This document shows positions 62,975-64,000 of a DNA stretch of 64,000 nucleotides, piece by piece. The stretch spans positions 32,001-96,000 of the forward strand of contig CAWBQK010000015.1 in NCBI GenBank assembly GCA_963791045.1. The letters are read 5' to 3'. The DNA comes from Candidatus Latescibacterota bacterium. Lineage in GTDB: Bacteria > Krumholzibacteriota > Krumholzibacteriia > WVZY01. The notes below the pieces were generated by a model. That model was not told the origin of the DNA and ran no database searches. It saw only the letters and a program-made list of their open reading frames with translations. Numbering within the stretch: position 1 is the first letter of the stretch; each line of letters starts with the position of its first letter. A program made the translations under genes and the position numbers.

Positions 62975-63959
62975 TCATGCGGTGTCACCTTTCGGATCGA
63001 GTTTGACCCGCGGGTCCGCCCAGGCATAAGAGAGATCGGCAAACAGATTTCCCAGAATCACCATGAACGCCGCAACAAAATTCACGGCGAGTACCACCGG
63101 GTAATCACGGGCATAGATCGAATCGACAATCAACGCACCCATCCCCGGCCACGCGAAAATTTTTTCAATGACGACGGCGCCGCCAAGCAAAAAAGGAATA
63201 CTCAAGCCCACCACGGTGAGGATCTGGGGCAGCGCGTTCTTGAATGCGTGTCGCCACACGATCCGGCCGTCGGAAAGCCCCTTCGCCCTCGCCGTCCGGA
63301 TATACTCCTGGTTTATCACATCGAGGAGACTCCCCCGCGTGTACCGGGCGAGTGCGGCGGCGCTCCCGAGCGCGAGCACGGTTACCGGCAAAACCAAGTG
63401 CGCGATCCTGTCTGCGGCGGCATCCATAAACCCGCCGTCGATCGGGGGAATCGAGAACATATTGGCGGTTGGAAGCCACTCGAGTTTCAACGAGAAAATC
63501 GCGATAAGAACGAACGCGAAGTAGAACGATGGGATCGAATAAAAGAGCAGGAATATCAGCGATAATGTCCGGTCGAGCGACGTGTAGCGTTTGACGACCG
63601 AGATCATCCCGAGGATCAACCCCAGCGTGATTTGCAGCAAGAGCGCGGCGACGGTAAGCAGCAGCGTCCTTGGGATCGCTTCCGACAGCACTTCCGCCAC
63701 GGGGCGGTTCGACGCGATGCTCACTCCGAAATCACCACGCAGATAACTCACGATCGTTTTCGCGTACTGAACATGGACGGGCTGCTCGAGGCCGAGGTTC
63801 TCTCGCACGGCGTCCATCATCCGCGGATCTATGTCGGGACTGTAATAACGGGAGAGCGGATCACCCGGAGCGAGGCGAATGACAAAAAACGTCACGGTAA
63901 GCGTGATAAAAAAGAAGAATTCCAGCGTGGATCAATCGGCGAGAGAAAAACCGGATCAT
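62975..63959 (-). CDS. oppB: Peptide ABC permease OppB (locus 3), frameshift in a T-homopolymer near 63910
   Basis: ATG 63959 MIRFFSRRLIHAGILLF shifts into ITLTVTFFVIRLAPGDP...YIRTARAKG...EKIFAWPGMG. Confidence 0.9.
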
Positions 63960-64000
63960 TCGAGCCCCACGTCTTTTTGGCGCCCCCGTGCTGCCGCGGC

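Overview
A GC-rich, diderm bacterial chromosomal window, mostly on the minus strand. Gene content (FlgD-Ig/PNPFNP C-terminal secreted proteins, PorV-like barrel, GWxTD proteins) suggests an FCB-superphylum lineage such as Krumholzibacteriota, Latescibacterota or Eisenbacteria; this is inference only. Left to right: the 3' end of a CHAT-domain gene; two large secreted proteins with FlgD-Ig/T9SS-like tails; rtcB; an outer-membrane barrel; cutA; a ThiI/MnmA-like PP-loop enzyme; peptide ABC locus 1; DUF302, trxA and usp; a two-permease RND pump; rhomboid and MATE; DUF4446; DUF4139; tRNA-Leu(GAG)-secG-tpiA-pgk-gap; comF-lgt-rodA-mrdA-mreDCB-radC; lysC; rhomboid-TPR; a probable major porin with a long structured leader; a GWxTD-dppABC-NlpC/P60 operon; tolC; a TonB-dependent receptor-PorV-like-GWxTD-exbB-exbD-exbD-tonB operon; and peptide ABC locus 3 with the only ATPases. 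No CRISPR array, transposase, integrase, prophage or rRNA was seen. Frameshifts at about 3.17 kb, 34.37 kb (mrdA), 63.91 kb and densely across 51.5-57.1 kb most likely reflect long-read consensus errors. The best candidates for undescribed biology are the TBDR/PorV/GWxTD/Ton cassette with the neighbouring GWxTD-led peptide-uptake operon, a 255-nt inverted-repeat-bounded element between oppC and oppD, and the multi-SD structured porin leader. All calls come from reading the sequence; no searches were run.
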